A stretch of 63,697 nt of DNA, filler included, from Chrysochromulina tobinii (lineage: Eukaryota): assembly GCA_001275005.1 (NCBI GenBank). It is 7 parts of 7 records of this genome, joined end to end, with 100 filler letters (N's around TTAATTAATTAA, not from the genome) between each part and the next. Parts side by side here need not be neighbours in the genome. Positions count along the whole stretch, not along the records: positions 11,368 to 25,386 come from JWZX01000972.1; 6 more parts are not named here. One strand, given 5' to 3'. Below are positions 11,368 through 21,500 of this stretch, one piece after another. The translations under genes and the position numbers were made by a program. The first letter of the stretch is position 1. Each line of letters begins with the position of its first letter. Under the pieces are notes generated by a model. The model worked only from the letters and a program-made list of their open reading frames with translations. It ran no database searches and was not told where the DNA came from.

Positions 11368-11714
11368 TACACGTCCATCTCTTGGGGAGGTACGCTGAAC
11401 CCTCGGGTGCGTGCGTGTATAGGTATGGTCCGGTCACCAAAAGCAAACTTTCCTAGAATGCATTAAAATGCAACAAACCCAAGAATGCAGCTCACACAGA
11501 ATGCACTACAAATGCATTCAAATGCATTGTAATGCGCGAAAATGCATTTAAATGCTTTGAGTAATAAACTACACCGATTTGAGTAATAAACTACACTCCA
11601 CCCGGGTGCCGCCGCCTCCTCCTCCTCCAACCCCTCCTTCTCCGCCGTCGCCATCGCCATGGCCGCCTGCTCCTGTATCGTGGGCGGAATCATGGCTGCC
11701 ACTCTCAGAGGGAG

Positions 11715-14700
11715 TCAGTTCATCGTCAGGTAATCGTCAGGGGGGTAAGCACAGCCCCTGTTGTCGTCTCTGTTATCTCTCCTTCCGGAGCCACTGTCAT
11801 CACCATCACCGTGGGCGTGGCCCTCATCGGTGTCACAAGGTAAGCAGGGGCGAAGGAGATCAGAGGGAGTGGGGGGAAGGGCAACGGCCAAGGGGAGAGA
11901 GGAATGGGTGAGGGGAGGTTGGGGGAAGGTAGGGTGTGGGAGAAGAGGTGGTGTGGTATAGGAGATAGCGGCGGGGGGACTGGTTGGCCACATGTTGGCG
12001 GCGGTCATGGCGAGGGGAGGAGGGCATGGCGCCAGAGGGGTGGGATCGGCCAAGTGGGCTAGGCGGCGGAGGCGAAATTGGCAGGCAGAGGCGTGGTCAT
12101 CAAAGGATGAGGAGAGGTAGACGTTGACACAGTCAGTGCAGACGGAGAGTCCGCTGGAGGAGAGGTCAGGGGGGCCCGATGGAGGGCAGAGGAGGTCGCG
12201 GTCGCGGTGGTGGGCCCGGATGTGAGCGAGGGAGTCTCTGGCCGTCGGGAGACGTGTGGAACATGGGACATTGCCGGCGAAAGGGCAGTGGGAGTTGTGT
12301 CTCAGAGGACAAGGAGTGGGGGTGATGGGGGGTAGGATGGGAGAGTGTTTGCGGGGGGGCGGGGTGAAGGTGAAGGAGAGTGGGAAGTTGCTAGGTCGGT
12401 TCGGGAGATTGAGGATGAGGGATTGAGCATGAGTGGGATTGAGGCCAGGGTGTGTGCCGGCTATGAACGGGGGAGATCCATCGGCCGAAGAGGAGCACAC
12501 GGGGCAGGCGAGGGCAGCGTGGGAGTTTGGACCATCCGCCGGGTGTGAGCAGCAGGCTTGGGCAAGGCAGGCGTGGTGAAATCGATGGCCACAGGGGAGG
12601 AATAGCCACTGGGCTTTAGCCTGCTTTCCGGTGGGGTGACGACAATCGTCCCATGACAGCTTGCAGGGGCCTCCCGGCTCCGTGTCGATATCGAGGCAAA
12701 TGGAGCAGGTGGGATCGGGTGAGGGCGGTGAAGGGATTGAGCCGTATGTCGTGCAACGGCCCCCGGCGACAAAGAGGCTTCGGAGTTGAGGCATCGTGAT
12801 CGGGCGCGCAGTGCTGGAGTTGCGGGTCGGGTAGGGGAGGTTCGGGGGGAGAGGAAGGGATGCGTCCGATAAGATTCGGTTGCGGGTGGCTCGACTGGCG
12901 ATCAAGTCAGAGGGTTCGGCCGCAGGGGGGATGTAATCGGGAAGGGCGCAAGACCGTTGCCGAGAGGGGCGATCAATCCAGGCAATCATGATGTCAGCAA
13001 CGAGGGATTCAACTCGGCAATAGGATGCGCAGTTGATCTGGCCTGTGGCTCCGCCCGCAAGGACGTCTTGGAGTAAGGGGGGGAGATGGAGGTGGCCATC
13101 AAAGTGGGAGGTGAGGTTTTGGAGATCGAGGTTGAAATCAGCAAGAGAGAGGCGCATGGCTTGGATGAGGAATCCGAGGGGAAGGGGGGATGATGTGGGG
13201 GTCGAGAGGAAGGAGGAGGGAGAGATCGTGGGGTCGAGGGAGATGGTGTATGAGGGGATGCACCCGATGCCACCCTCGGAGATTGGGCGAGCTAAGAGGC
13301 GGGTGTTCGAAAGGGATTTGAGGATGAAATCGCCGGAGGGGTGGCCGATTGCGGCTAGGATGATGGGCATCCGTAGCCACGAAAGATGGTCGGCCGAGGC
13401 CCAGGCAGGGGGGAAGGAGGAGAAGGAGTTTTTGGTCCAAAGGGGTGGGCCACATAGGAGTTGTGGGCGCAGGATGCTGATGGTCGCATCGAGGTCAGTC
13501 CGGGCCTTCAAGGATGGGGGTCGAGGCGGGAGGGCTGCCGAGATCGCTAACCAGTCTGGGGATGGTTGGGTGCGGAAGGAATGTGGGTAATCATGGCGCA
13601 ACGCATCAAGAAGTGGGGTTGGAGCGGCGGGGGGAGAGGCGCAGGCGGTCGCAGCAGGTGGGGGACGAGTGCGCTTTGGGGTGGGGAGGAGGTCGGTAAG
13701 ATGGACGGGGGGCCGCCGCATGCGGGAGCCAGTTGGGGGTGCCCAGAAAGATCCGGGAGCGGGGGGAAGGGGGGGGTTCGGTGCGGGCGGTGGTGATGGC
13801 GGGGGAGGCGGTCGAGAGGACGATGGTGAAGGTGGTGGTGAGGGCGGTGGGGAGGAAGGTGGGGGGAGCGGTAGTGATGGCGGCAGCGGGGGCATGGGGG
13901 GCTTGGGTGGCGGGCGGAGGGGCGCTGGCGAGGAGGGTGGAGATGGCGGCGGTGCGTATGGCGGTGGTAAGGGCGGTGTGCGTGGCGGCGGCAGTATGGG
14001 CGGCGGGTGCCAGTGGTATTGATCCGCGGGAAGGGGGACGGATTGCCTCGCAGCAAGGAAAAGGCAATCAAGTTCGTAATCAAGGTAGAGGTCATGGAGG
14101 TATGATTCGTATCTCTCACAAAGAAGGTGGAGGAGAAGAGATTCACGCTCAAGGGCAATCTCGCGTTCAAGGATTTCAGTATCAAAGAAGGAGAGTTCGG
14201 GGGACCATTCTTCGTAGGGATGCCAGAGCTCATCATGGCGAAGGAAGTGGAAAGGGGAAGGATCACGTGAGAGGGAGTGGCGCGAAATGGTATGGTAAGA
14301 GGGGGGGGACTCGTCGTAGTAGGGGGAAGGAGAGAGGAAGGTAGGATCATGAATGGAGTATTGGAGAGATTCATCTTCATGGGCTCGCTCATATTCATCG
14401 ATTTGAAGGGAATCATAATGGAGAGAGTGATCAAGGGAATCATAATGGAGAGAGTGATCACGGGTGCGTTCGCGGGCAGTCATGGTCTCCTGGTATTCTT
14501 GGGCAAGGATGGATCGCTCATCATCTAGGAGGTCATCGAGAGTACTCGGATGGAGATGATGGAGATCAGGGCGGAGGCTGATGAATCGGGTGACAATGGA
14601 TAGGTGGAAACGAGAGAGATAGATGCGAGTGGGATGCCATTGGTACTCATCGGACTCATGATCGGAGAGCCACTGGAGAGAGTAATCGAAGGAGGATCGG

Positions 14701-17174
14701 GTGATTGGGAGACCAGTGTCATCGCGGGGGTAATCAGGACCGAGGTGATCAAAGTCAGGTTCAAAGTCAGGTTGAGGCGGGAAGGGGGGGGACGCGGGGC
14801 GCGAGGGCGATGGCGGTGGCGATGGAGGTGGTGGGAGCTGCGGCGGCTGTGGTGGTATCTGAGGAGGGCCTGTATCCTTCTGGGCGAAGGGGGATCTGGC
14901 AGTTGCTCCATTTGCAGCGGTCCCGAGATGGACGGAAGTAGCATGAAGGGGGATGGAGAATCGATTGGTTATAGGGAGGGAATGGCAGAGGTGTGGGTAT
15001 TTGTGGGGGCGAAGATCGTGGAGGGGGAGGCGCCGCTTGAGTGGGGGCGTGGTTGGGGCGCGGGGGGGGAGGGTCGTGGGGGAAGGGGTATTGGCAAGGC
15101 TGGGGGCGGTGACGGTGGGGTGCGCAGGGCCGAGAGGGGGTGGTGTAGGACGGGTGGAGGGGGCCCAGTTCAAGGAGGGAGTGGTGGAGCCCCAGCCCGG
15201 GGGGTAAACGAGGTCAAGGATGGATAGCTTATCCAGGAGGAAGGCAGCGAGGGTGTGGGCGGAGGTAGCTGGGGGGGAGTTAGCAGGGACGGGGTTGTGG
15301 ATGCGGTTGGGGTTTATCTTGTCGATGGGGAAGGGGATGGCGAGGCCGGGGGGGAGGGAAGGAGAAGCGAAAGAGGATACTGAGGATCCCCAGCCAGGGG
15401 GGTAGGTGAGGTCGGGGGCACGTCCCCACCCCTGGGGGAAGATGATATCGTCAATCTTGGCTCTCTTATCGGTGTTGGGCTCCCCTGGGGTCTCGAGCGC
15501 ACGCTTGGCCAACTTCTCGGCTTCGCTCGATGTCGAGTCGTCTGATAGCCTGCAATCTGTCGTGCCTAAGTTATCTCCTGGTGGCGGTGTGGGCGCGGGC
15601 GCGGGCACAGCGGGTGCAGGCGCAAGAAGTACGGTCGCGGAGGTGGGCAGCGTTGTCGTTGGCGTGGGCGTGGGCAACGTTGGCGGAGCAGGTGAGAGCA
15701 CAGGTAATGCGGGCGCAGGAGTGGGTGGTGCAGGCTTGGGCAGCGTCAGAGCGGCAGGGGCGATCGGGGACGGCGCGGGTGCAGGCATGGATGGCGCCAG
15801 CTCGGGCTTGAGCAACGTATCCGCCTGATGGAGTAGGGCTGCGGCCTCGGGGTGGCCACGTGCAAGTGCAAGTTGCGCTGGTGTCGTATGGTTCGGGTTG
15901 TACGCGTTGGCCGATGCACCAGCAGTCAGTAGCATCTGAACGATTCGGATGTGCCCCTTGCTGGCTGCTGCATGTAGTAGGCTCCAGCCGGAGAAGAGGC
16001 CGGCGGGCTGGACAGCATCAGCGTTGATTACGCGTGATTGCAGCATTGAAGCGAGCTCCGCTTCTTTGCCGTTCATGCTGAGTTGGAAGGCTTTGCTGAT
16101 GGTAGAGGCGTCGATGGGTGCCGCTGCGCCCAGTGCAGCTCGTGTCGACGGTGCGGGTGCCAGTGCGGGCAGGGCGGGCGTGGGTGACGCCGACGCAGGC
16201 GCGGGCGCGGAAGCGGGGATGGGGATGGTGGGAAAGGTGAAGGTGTCTCGTGCAGTTTGTGTTGGTGCGGGAGGGGGAGTGGGTGCGGTTTGCCATTGGC
16301 TGAGGAGGATCCGGAGGCGGGGCTGGCTGGGATGGAGGCCGTGGGCAAGGAGGCGTGCGAGGAGGCGGGCATCGGAGGACGGGGAGGGTGTGCGTTTGAG
16401 TGGGGAGGGCGTGGTGTTGTGTGAGGGGTTGATTGGTGTGGTGTGGATGGTGGGAGTCTGAGTGGTCGGGGATGATGCGGGTCTGGGGAGTGTGGATGTG
16501 GAGGGGAGGTAGGTAGGGAGGGTTGTCGAGGGGAAGGGAGGGGGGCCAGGCTGCTGGACGGAGGGAGTGAGAGGCGCGGATCGCGCGTTCTCAAAGGCAG
16601 TGATTGCAGCGGCTGCGGCTGCGGAAGCGGTTGAGGATGCGGATCGTGTTGCTGCTGCGGTGGCTGCTGCGGCGTTGGCTATTGCAGTCGCTGTGGCGGA
16701 TTTGAACGATGCGGAGGCAGCCAGGAAGGCTGCCGCTGCGGCCGTGGCTCGGGTGGAGTGGACTGCTGAGGATAGGGATTCAAGGAGGCGCGCGGTCGCA
16801 GGGTCTGCCGAGGTTGAGAGGTGTGATAGGGATGATGGGAGCTGCGGATAGTGGTGAGGAAAGGATGATGCTGCAGGGTGAGCGTGCGGCAAGGTTCGGA
16901 GGAGGAACGAAGTGGGGAGGCAAGCAGCTTGGTGTGCGGATGCGCTGATGTTAAGAGAGGGAGCTGGAGGCAGAGGGCGGAGGTGAGGTGAAGGCCGGAG
17001 TGGAAGGGCGAGTGATGGCAGATTGCGAGGATTGAAAGCCCGGGTGCGGGAGTTCGTGGGCACTGCCGACATGGAGGAGTTGAAGGACTGCATGCCATGG
17101 GGCGGCGGTGGTTGCGGAGTTTTGTTGACGCGAGGCATGCTGACTGCAGAAAGAGTCGGCGGGCGCATTTGCAT
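11715..17174 (-). CDS. Very Pro-rich 1819-aa ORF with ankyrin repeats, RING finger and C-terminal Zn-finger-like motifs; possibly retroelement-derived
   Basis: Ankyrin GWSLLHAAASKGHIRIVQMLLTAGA; RING CSICLD...LPCGHRFHHACL...CPVC; CPFAGNVPC...AHIRAHH...VCTDC...HASAC. Strong C-over-G skew on the coding strand, unlike neighbouring genes. Confidence 0.55.
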   Translation of the reverse strand: MQMRPPTLSAVSMPRVNKTPQPPPPHGMQSFNSSMSAVPTNSRTRAFNPRNLPSLALPLRPSPHLRPLPPAPSLNISASAHQAACLPTSFLLRTLPHAHPAASSFPHHYPQLPSSLSHLSTSADPATARLLESLSSAVHSTRATAAAAAFLAASASFKSATATAIANAAAATAAATRSASSTASAAAAAAITAFENARSAPLTPSVQQPGPPPFPSTTLPTYLPSTSTLPRPASSPTTQTPTIHTTPINPSHNTTPSPLKRTPSPSSDARLLARLLAHGLHPSQPRLRILLSQWQTAPTPPPAPTQTARDTFTFPTIPIPASAPAPASASPTPALPALAPAPSTRAALGAAAPIDASTISKAFQLSMNGKEAELASMLQSRVINADAVQPAGLFSGWSLLHAAASKGHIRIVQMLLTAGASANAYNPNHTTPAQLALARGHPEAAALLHQADTLLKPELAPSMPAPAPSPIAPAALTLPKPAPPTPAPALPVLSPAPPTLPTPTPTTTLPTSATVLLAPAPAVPAPAPTPPPGDNLGTTDCRLSDDSTSSEAEKLAKRALETPGEPNTDKRAKIDDIIFPQGWGRAPDLTYPPGWGSSVSSFASPSLPPGLAIPFPIDKINPNRIHNPVPANSPPATSAHTLAAFLLDKLSILDLVYPPGWGSTTPSLNWAPSTRPTPPPLGPAHPTVTAPSLANTPSPTTLPPRAPTTPPLKRRLPLHDLRPHKYPHLCHSLPITNRFSIPLHATSVHLGTAANGATARSPFAQKDTGPPQIPPQPPQLPPPPSPPPSPSRPASPPFPPQPDFEPDFDHLGPDYPRDDTGLPITRSSFDYSLQWLSDHESDEYQWHPTRIYLSRFHLSIVTRFISLRPDLHHLHPSTLDDLLDDERSILAQEYQETMTARERTRDHSLHYDSLDHSLHYDSLQIDEYERAHEDESLQYSIHDPTFLSPSPYYDESPPSYHTISRHSLSRDPSPFHFLRHDELWHPYEEWSPELSFFDTEILEREIALERESLLLHLLCERYESYLHDLYLDYELDCLFLAARQSVPLPADQYHWHPPPILPPPRTPPLPPPYAPPPSPPSSPAPLRPPPKPPMPPLPPSLPLPPPSSPPPSPPPSPSSSRPPPPPSPPPAPNPPLPPAPGSFWAPPTGSRMRRPPVHLTDLLPTPKRTRPPPAATACASPPAAPTPLLDALRHDYPHSFRTQPSPDWLAISAALPPRPPSLKARTDLDATISILRPQLLCGPPLWTKNSFSSFPPAWASADHLSWLRMPIILAAIGHPSGDFILKSLSNTRLLARPISEGGIGCIPSYTISLDPTISPSSFLSTPTSSPLPLGFLIQAMRLSLADFNLDLQNLTSHFDGHLHLPPLLQDVLAGGATGQINCASYCRVESLVADIMIAWIDRPSRQRSCALPDYIPPAAEPSDLIASRATRNRILSDASLPLPPNLPYPTRNSSTARPITMPQLRSLFVAGGRCTTYGSIPSPPSPDPTCSICLDIDTEPGGPCKLSWDDCRHPTGKQAKAQWLFLPCGHRFHHACLAQACCSHPADGPNSHAALACPVCSSSADGSPPFIAGTHPGLNPTHAQSLILNLPNRPSNFPLSFTFTPPPRKHSPILPPITPTPCPLRHNSHCPFAGNVPCSTRLPTARDSLAHIRAHHRDRDLLCPPSGPPDLSSSGLSVCTDCVNVYLSSSFDDHASACQFRLRRLAHLADPTPLAPCPPPLAMTAANMWPTSPPAAISYTTPPLLPHPTFPQPPLTHSSLPLAVALPPTPSDLLRPCLPCDTDEGHAHGDGDDSGSGRRDNRDDNRGCAYPPDDYLTMN

Positions 17175-17397
17175 TTCTGTTTTGCGCGCTGCAGTTCACG
17201 CCGCGTCGGTGTGAATTTGATCCGCGCTGCACCGCACGCAGGCGAACGGGCCTGTCCCGCTCAAAAAGGGTAGCTGGTTTGGGGTCAGCCCACAATGGTC
17301 CAACATCCGCTGGTGCTCACGCCGCCGGCTTGCATTCAAGCAGCTCAGCCACCTTGTGATCGCGCATGCCTTCCAGATTCCACCTTCACAACACTCC

Positions 17398-18141
17398 TCA
17401 AAAGCTCTTCGTATCACGCATCTCGCGCACGCCGCTCAACATCTTCTCCCGCAGCCGGTAGGTCCCCCTGAGGTGCTCTCGCACGTCGCGCATGTCGTGC
17501 AGCCTGCGCAGCAGTAGCAGCAGCTGGCCAAGCTCGCGATCGTCCCGGTCGCCGAAGAAGGGTAGGATGGGCACCGCATTGTCCGGCTGCAGCATGCACG
17601 AGGCCAAGTTGTCATCGACGAGCACCGTGCGCTCGAGCGGCCGCCCGAGCCGAGTCAAGTCCTTTGCGAGCGCGGCACTGATTGGCGTGCAATGCTCGCG
17701 CCAAAGCAGTCGAGTACCGAAGAGCGCGCCGTCGGGGTCGAGGAGTGTGGCGCATTCGCGCACGTAGCCCTCGACGGCAGACGAGTAGAGCACGAGCTCG
17801 CACAGCTTGCTGGCCTCGCCCAGGAAGTCGTCGAGTAGAGGGCGCTTGTACACGCGGACGGGGAATTCAAGGTAGGGCAGCTCGAACTCGTGATCGGGCG
17901 CGGGCATCATGCGGCCGCGCCTCATCAGCTCTGCGTGGGCTGCCTTTGCACGCGCTGCCTCCGGCCCGACGGACTCCCGAAACCTCGGCGGATCCACATC
18001 GGCGTTCGTGGCATGGAGCAGGCAATCATCGACATCGAGGCAGACCGTGAGCTTCGGTAGTGGTGACGACGTCGACGCGCTGAGCGGTGGCAGGAGACCG
18101 CTGGCGGACGTGGCGATCGCGCGGCGAAAGCGCGTCCGCAT
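17398..18141 (-). CDS. NIF/FCP1-like HAD phosphatase (CTDSP/TIM50 family), probable mitochondrial presequence
   Basis: LTVCLDVDDCLLH (DxD motif), VYKRPLLDDFL, KDLTRLGRPLERTVLVDDN, QPDNAVPILPFFGDRDDREL; Arg-rich N-terminus. Confidence 0.9.
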   Translation of the reverse strand: MRTRFRRAIATSASGLLPPLSASTSSPLPKLTVCLDVDDCLLHATNADVDPPRFRESVGPEAARAKAAHAELMRRGRMMPAPDHEFELPYLEFPVRVYKRPLLDDFLGEASKLCELVLYSSAVEGYVRECATLLDPDGALFGTRLLWREHCTPISAALAKDLTRLGRPLERTVLVDDNLASCMLQPDNAVPILPFFGDRDDRELGQLLLLLRRLHDMRDVREHLRGTYRLREKMLSGVREMRDTKSF

Positions 18142-18341
18142 CGTGTCCCTGTGAATGATTCACACACTGAGATGTAAGTTCCGAACTTTGTGCAGACACG
18201 GATTCTCTCGCACGCCCGGCTATTGCGGCCAATCGTCGTCCTCGACCATGAAACTCTCACTCAAAAATTCTCCAGCCGCTACATGCTTTATACGACTGTC
18301 TGCTTACATGCTTTATACTGCAGCTTTATACGACTGTCTGC

Positions 18342-18552
18342 TTACAGGCTGCAGCCCCCTCCGCGCGGTATCTGGAAGTCCACATTGAGCGCGCTGTCGC
18401 GGTAGACGAGCGGCGTGTACTCCCCCGAGGCGAGCTCGCTCATCCTAATTAGGATCAGGCGCAGCCACTCGGAAGGCTCCCCTTCCACAGGCAGCACGAT
18501 GTCTGCCACTGGCGCACCCGCCACTGCTCGTGCGCCGTCGTCGTCGGTCACG

Positions 18553-18587
<35 letters not shown>

Positions 18588-21500
18588 CTCGGCGGCCGCA
18601 CGCGCCGTGTCGAGCGCCACGCTGAGCAGCGGAAGGCAGGGGGTGGCCGGACGGCATGGGTGCGCCACGCGCACACCACGCGAGCGCCATGTGCACGCCG
18701 GTCCCTCCCACACCAGATAGGATCTCGACGAACCGCTGCGAGGGCGTCGCCATCACATGCAGCCCCCCGCCGCTGTGCGCCTCGGACGAGGGCGCGAACG
18801 CGCCGTCTTGAGCGCGCCGTCTTGGGCATGCGGCGAAGCTCAGCGTGGCACGCGCCGTCTCGGCGAGCGCGCCCTCGAGGAACGCCGTGTTGAGCAGTAA
18901 CGGACTCCCCTCAGGGATCACCACGAGCCCTCGGCGCGCCATCAGGCTCGTCAGCTGCGCGAAGACGAGCGCCACCCGATCGGGCAGCAGCGCCGTCGTG
19001 GGCGTATGCGCGCCGTCGTGAGCACGGACGGGAGCCGCGCCGTCGTGGGCACCGCCGCCGCCGCCCTCGAGCGCACTCGGTGGTGCGCCGTCGTGAGCAC
19101 TCGGCGACGCGCCGTCGTGAGCACTGGGCGGCGCGACGAGCAGCGCGACGCCCAGGCGCAGCAGCTCCGCGTCGACCCGTACCGGCGCCGTCGTGGGCAC
19201 GCGGCTACGGAAGAAGGCTGCGACCTTGGCCCGTGCAGCCGCGATGCCGCCGTCGGCCTGGAGCGAGGCCCATCCGAAGGTAATGAGGGAGGCAATCAGC
19301 ATGCACTCAGAGGCCATCAGCATGCAATCAGAGGTGATCAGGTCACCTGGAGCGAGGCCCATCCGAAGGCCTGCCGATCAGCGCCGTCGGCCTCGATCAG
19401 GCTCGCGAAGTAGTCGTTGTGCGTCTTCTCGCACCTGCTCGAGCGCGCAGGGTGGCATTCACAGGTGGCTTTCACATGGCATTTCCAGGTGGCATTCACA
19501 GGTGGCAGTCACAGGTGGCATTTCACAGGTGACACTCCGGCGGCACGCAAGGGATAGACACTCAAGGGACAGACACTCAGGAGGCACTCACAGGTGACAC
19601 CCACTCCGGCGCAGAGTCCATCGCACTCGCACTGAGGCGCCGTCCCGAGCGCGCACCCGTGCTCGAGGAGGAGCGCATGCGCGACGAGCGGCGAGCGCAG
19701 GTGGCCCAAGAGGGTGATGGCGCCCAAGCGCTCGTCCGAGAGGCCGCAGCCCTCTGTGTGGGGAAGCGCGACGAAACGCAACGGCGGCGAGCTCGCAATC
19801 TCGGAGGGTTTCTCGGAGGGCGTGTACTCCTCTTGCAGCGCCGCCGCGAGCGATCTCGCAATCTCGGAGGAGCACAAGCTTGTGGGGAGGATCAACGCCA
19901 CCGACTCTGTAGGGGGCGGCATCATCTTGTCGAGGGGATGGCGCACGCTCAACACGACGCTCGAAGCCGTGCCCAGCACGACGCTCGAAACCGTGCCCAA
20001 AACGACGCTCGAAGCCGTGCCCCCGTGCGTCTCCGTGCTGGCCGTGCTCGTCGCCGAGCTGGCCGCGCGGCTCAACACGGCGCCGTCGGAGGCTGGGGCA
20101 CCCGTCGCCGCCGAGAGATCCTCCGAGATTGCAATCTCCGTGTGCGCGGCTGGGCGTGCGAGGCCCCGGTACAAGGGCGGAGCGGCGAGCACGGCAGAGG
20201 CCGAGGCAGTTAGGTTGGCTAGTTGGAGGGGAGGGCAGGCCCATGAGCCCAGAGGTCCACTCACCGCGCCCGCAGGCGCCGTCCCGAGCAGCGGCGAAGA
20301 AGCGAAGCCGTTGTACCTGATGAGGGAGGCAATCAGTGGCAACAGTGGTCATCACGAGGCCATCTCGCGAGGCCATCTCGAGGCCATCACGCGAGGCCAT
20401 CTCGAGGCCATCACGCGAGGCTATCTCGAGGCCATCTCGAGGCCATCACGCGAGGCCATCTCGAGGCCACGTACTGTGAGTCACGCTCGGTAGTCGCCCT
20501 CTGAACGGCCGCCAAGTTTGGATCAATCTCCCAATTGCGCCAGATCTGGAGCTGGTATTGGCCCGCAGCTTCGCCACGTGTCCGCAGCCCCGAGGCTACG
20601 GCCAGCGTCTGCTGGAAGAGGTGCTCGGCGCGCTCGGACGCGCTTAGGGTGGGGTTGGCCGCGTCCACGTCCATGTCCTTCGCCATGAGCTGGTACCTGA
20701 TGAGGGAGGCCATCAGAAGTCATCAGGGGTCATCAGAGGTCATCAGGAGAGTTCCACCATGAAGGCGTACCTGATGAGGGAGGCCATCGGAGGCCATCAG
20801 GGGATGATGGAGGTCATCAGAGGCCATCCGGTACCCTGATGAGGGAGGCCATCAGAGGCCATCAGAGGCGATGAGAGGCGCTCGGAGGCAAAGAGGGCCA
20901 ACTGATAGCACTCAATAGCACTCGATCGCAATCAATAGCCATCAATAGCCATCAATAGCCATCAATAGCAATCAATAGCACTCGATCGCAATCAATAGCC
21001 ATCAATAGCCATCAATAGCACTCAATAGCACTCAATAGCACTCGATCGCAATCAATAGCCATCAGAGGCCATCGGAGGCCATCAGTGGTCCTCACCGGCG
21101 CGAGGTGACCTGATGAGGATGATCATCACAGGTCATCAGAGGTCATCAGAGGCCATCAGAGGCCATCAGTGGTCCTCACCGGCGCGAGGTGGAGACGATC
21201 TTGATGGTCGGCACGAAGGGGAAGTTAGTGATGGAGCCGTTGCCCGTCGTGAAGTAGATGACGTTACAGCCGGTAGCCACTTGGCCGGCGATGGACTCGA
21301 GATCGTTACCTGCGGAGTCCACGAAGCAGTTGCGATCGATGGCAATCGATGGCCATCAACGGCCATCAAAGGCCATCAAGGGAGATCGACTCGAGATCGT
21401 CACCTGGCGAGTCCATGAAGCAGTAGCCATCAAAGGCCATCAAGGGAGATCGACTCGAGATCGTCACCTGGCGAGTCCATGAAGCAATAGCCATCAAAGG

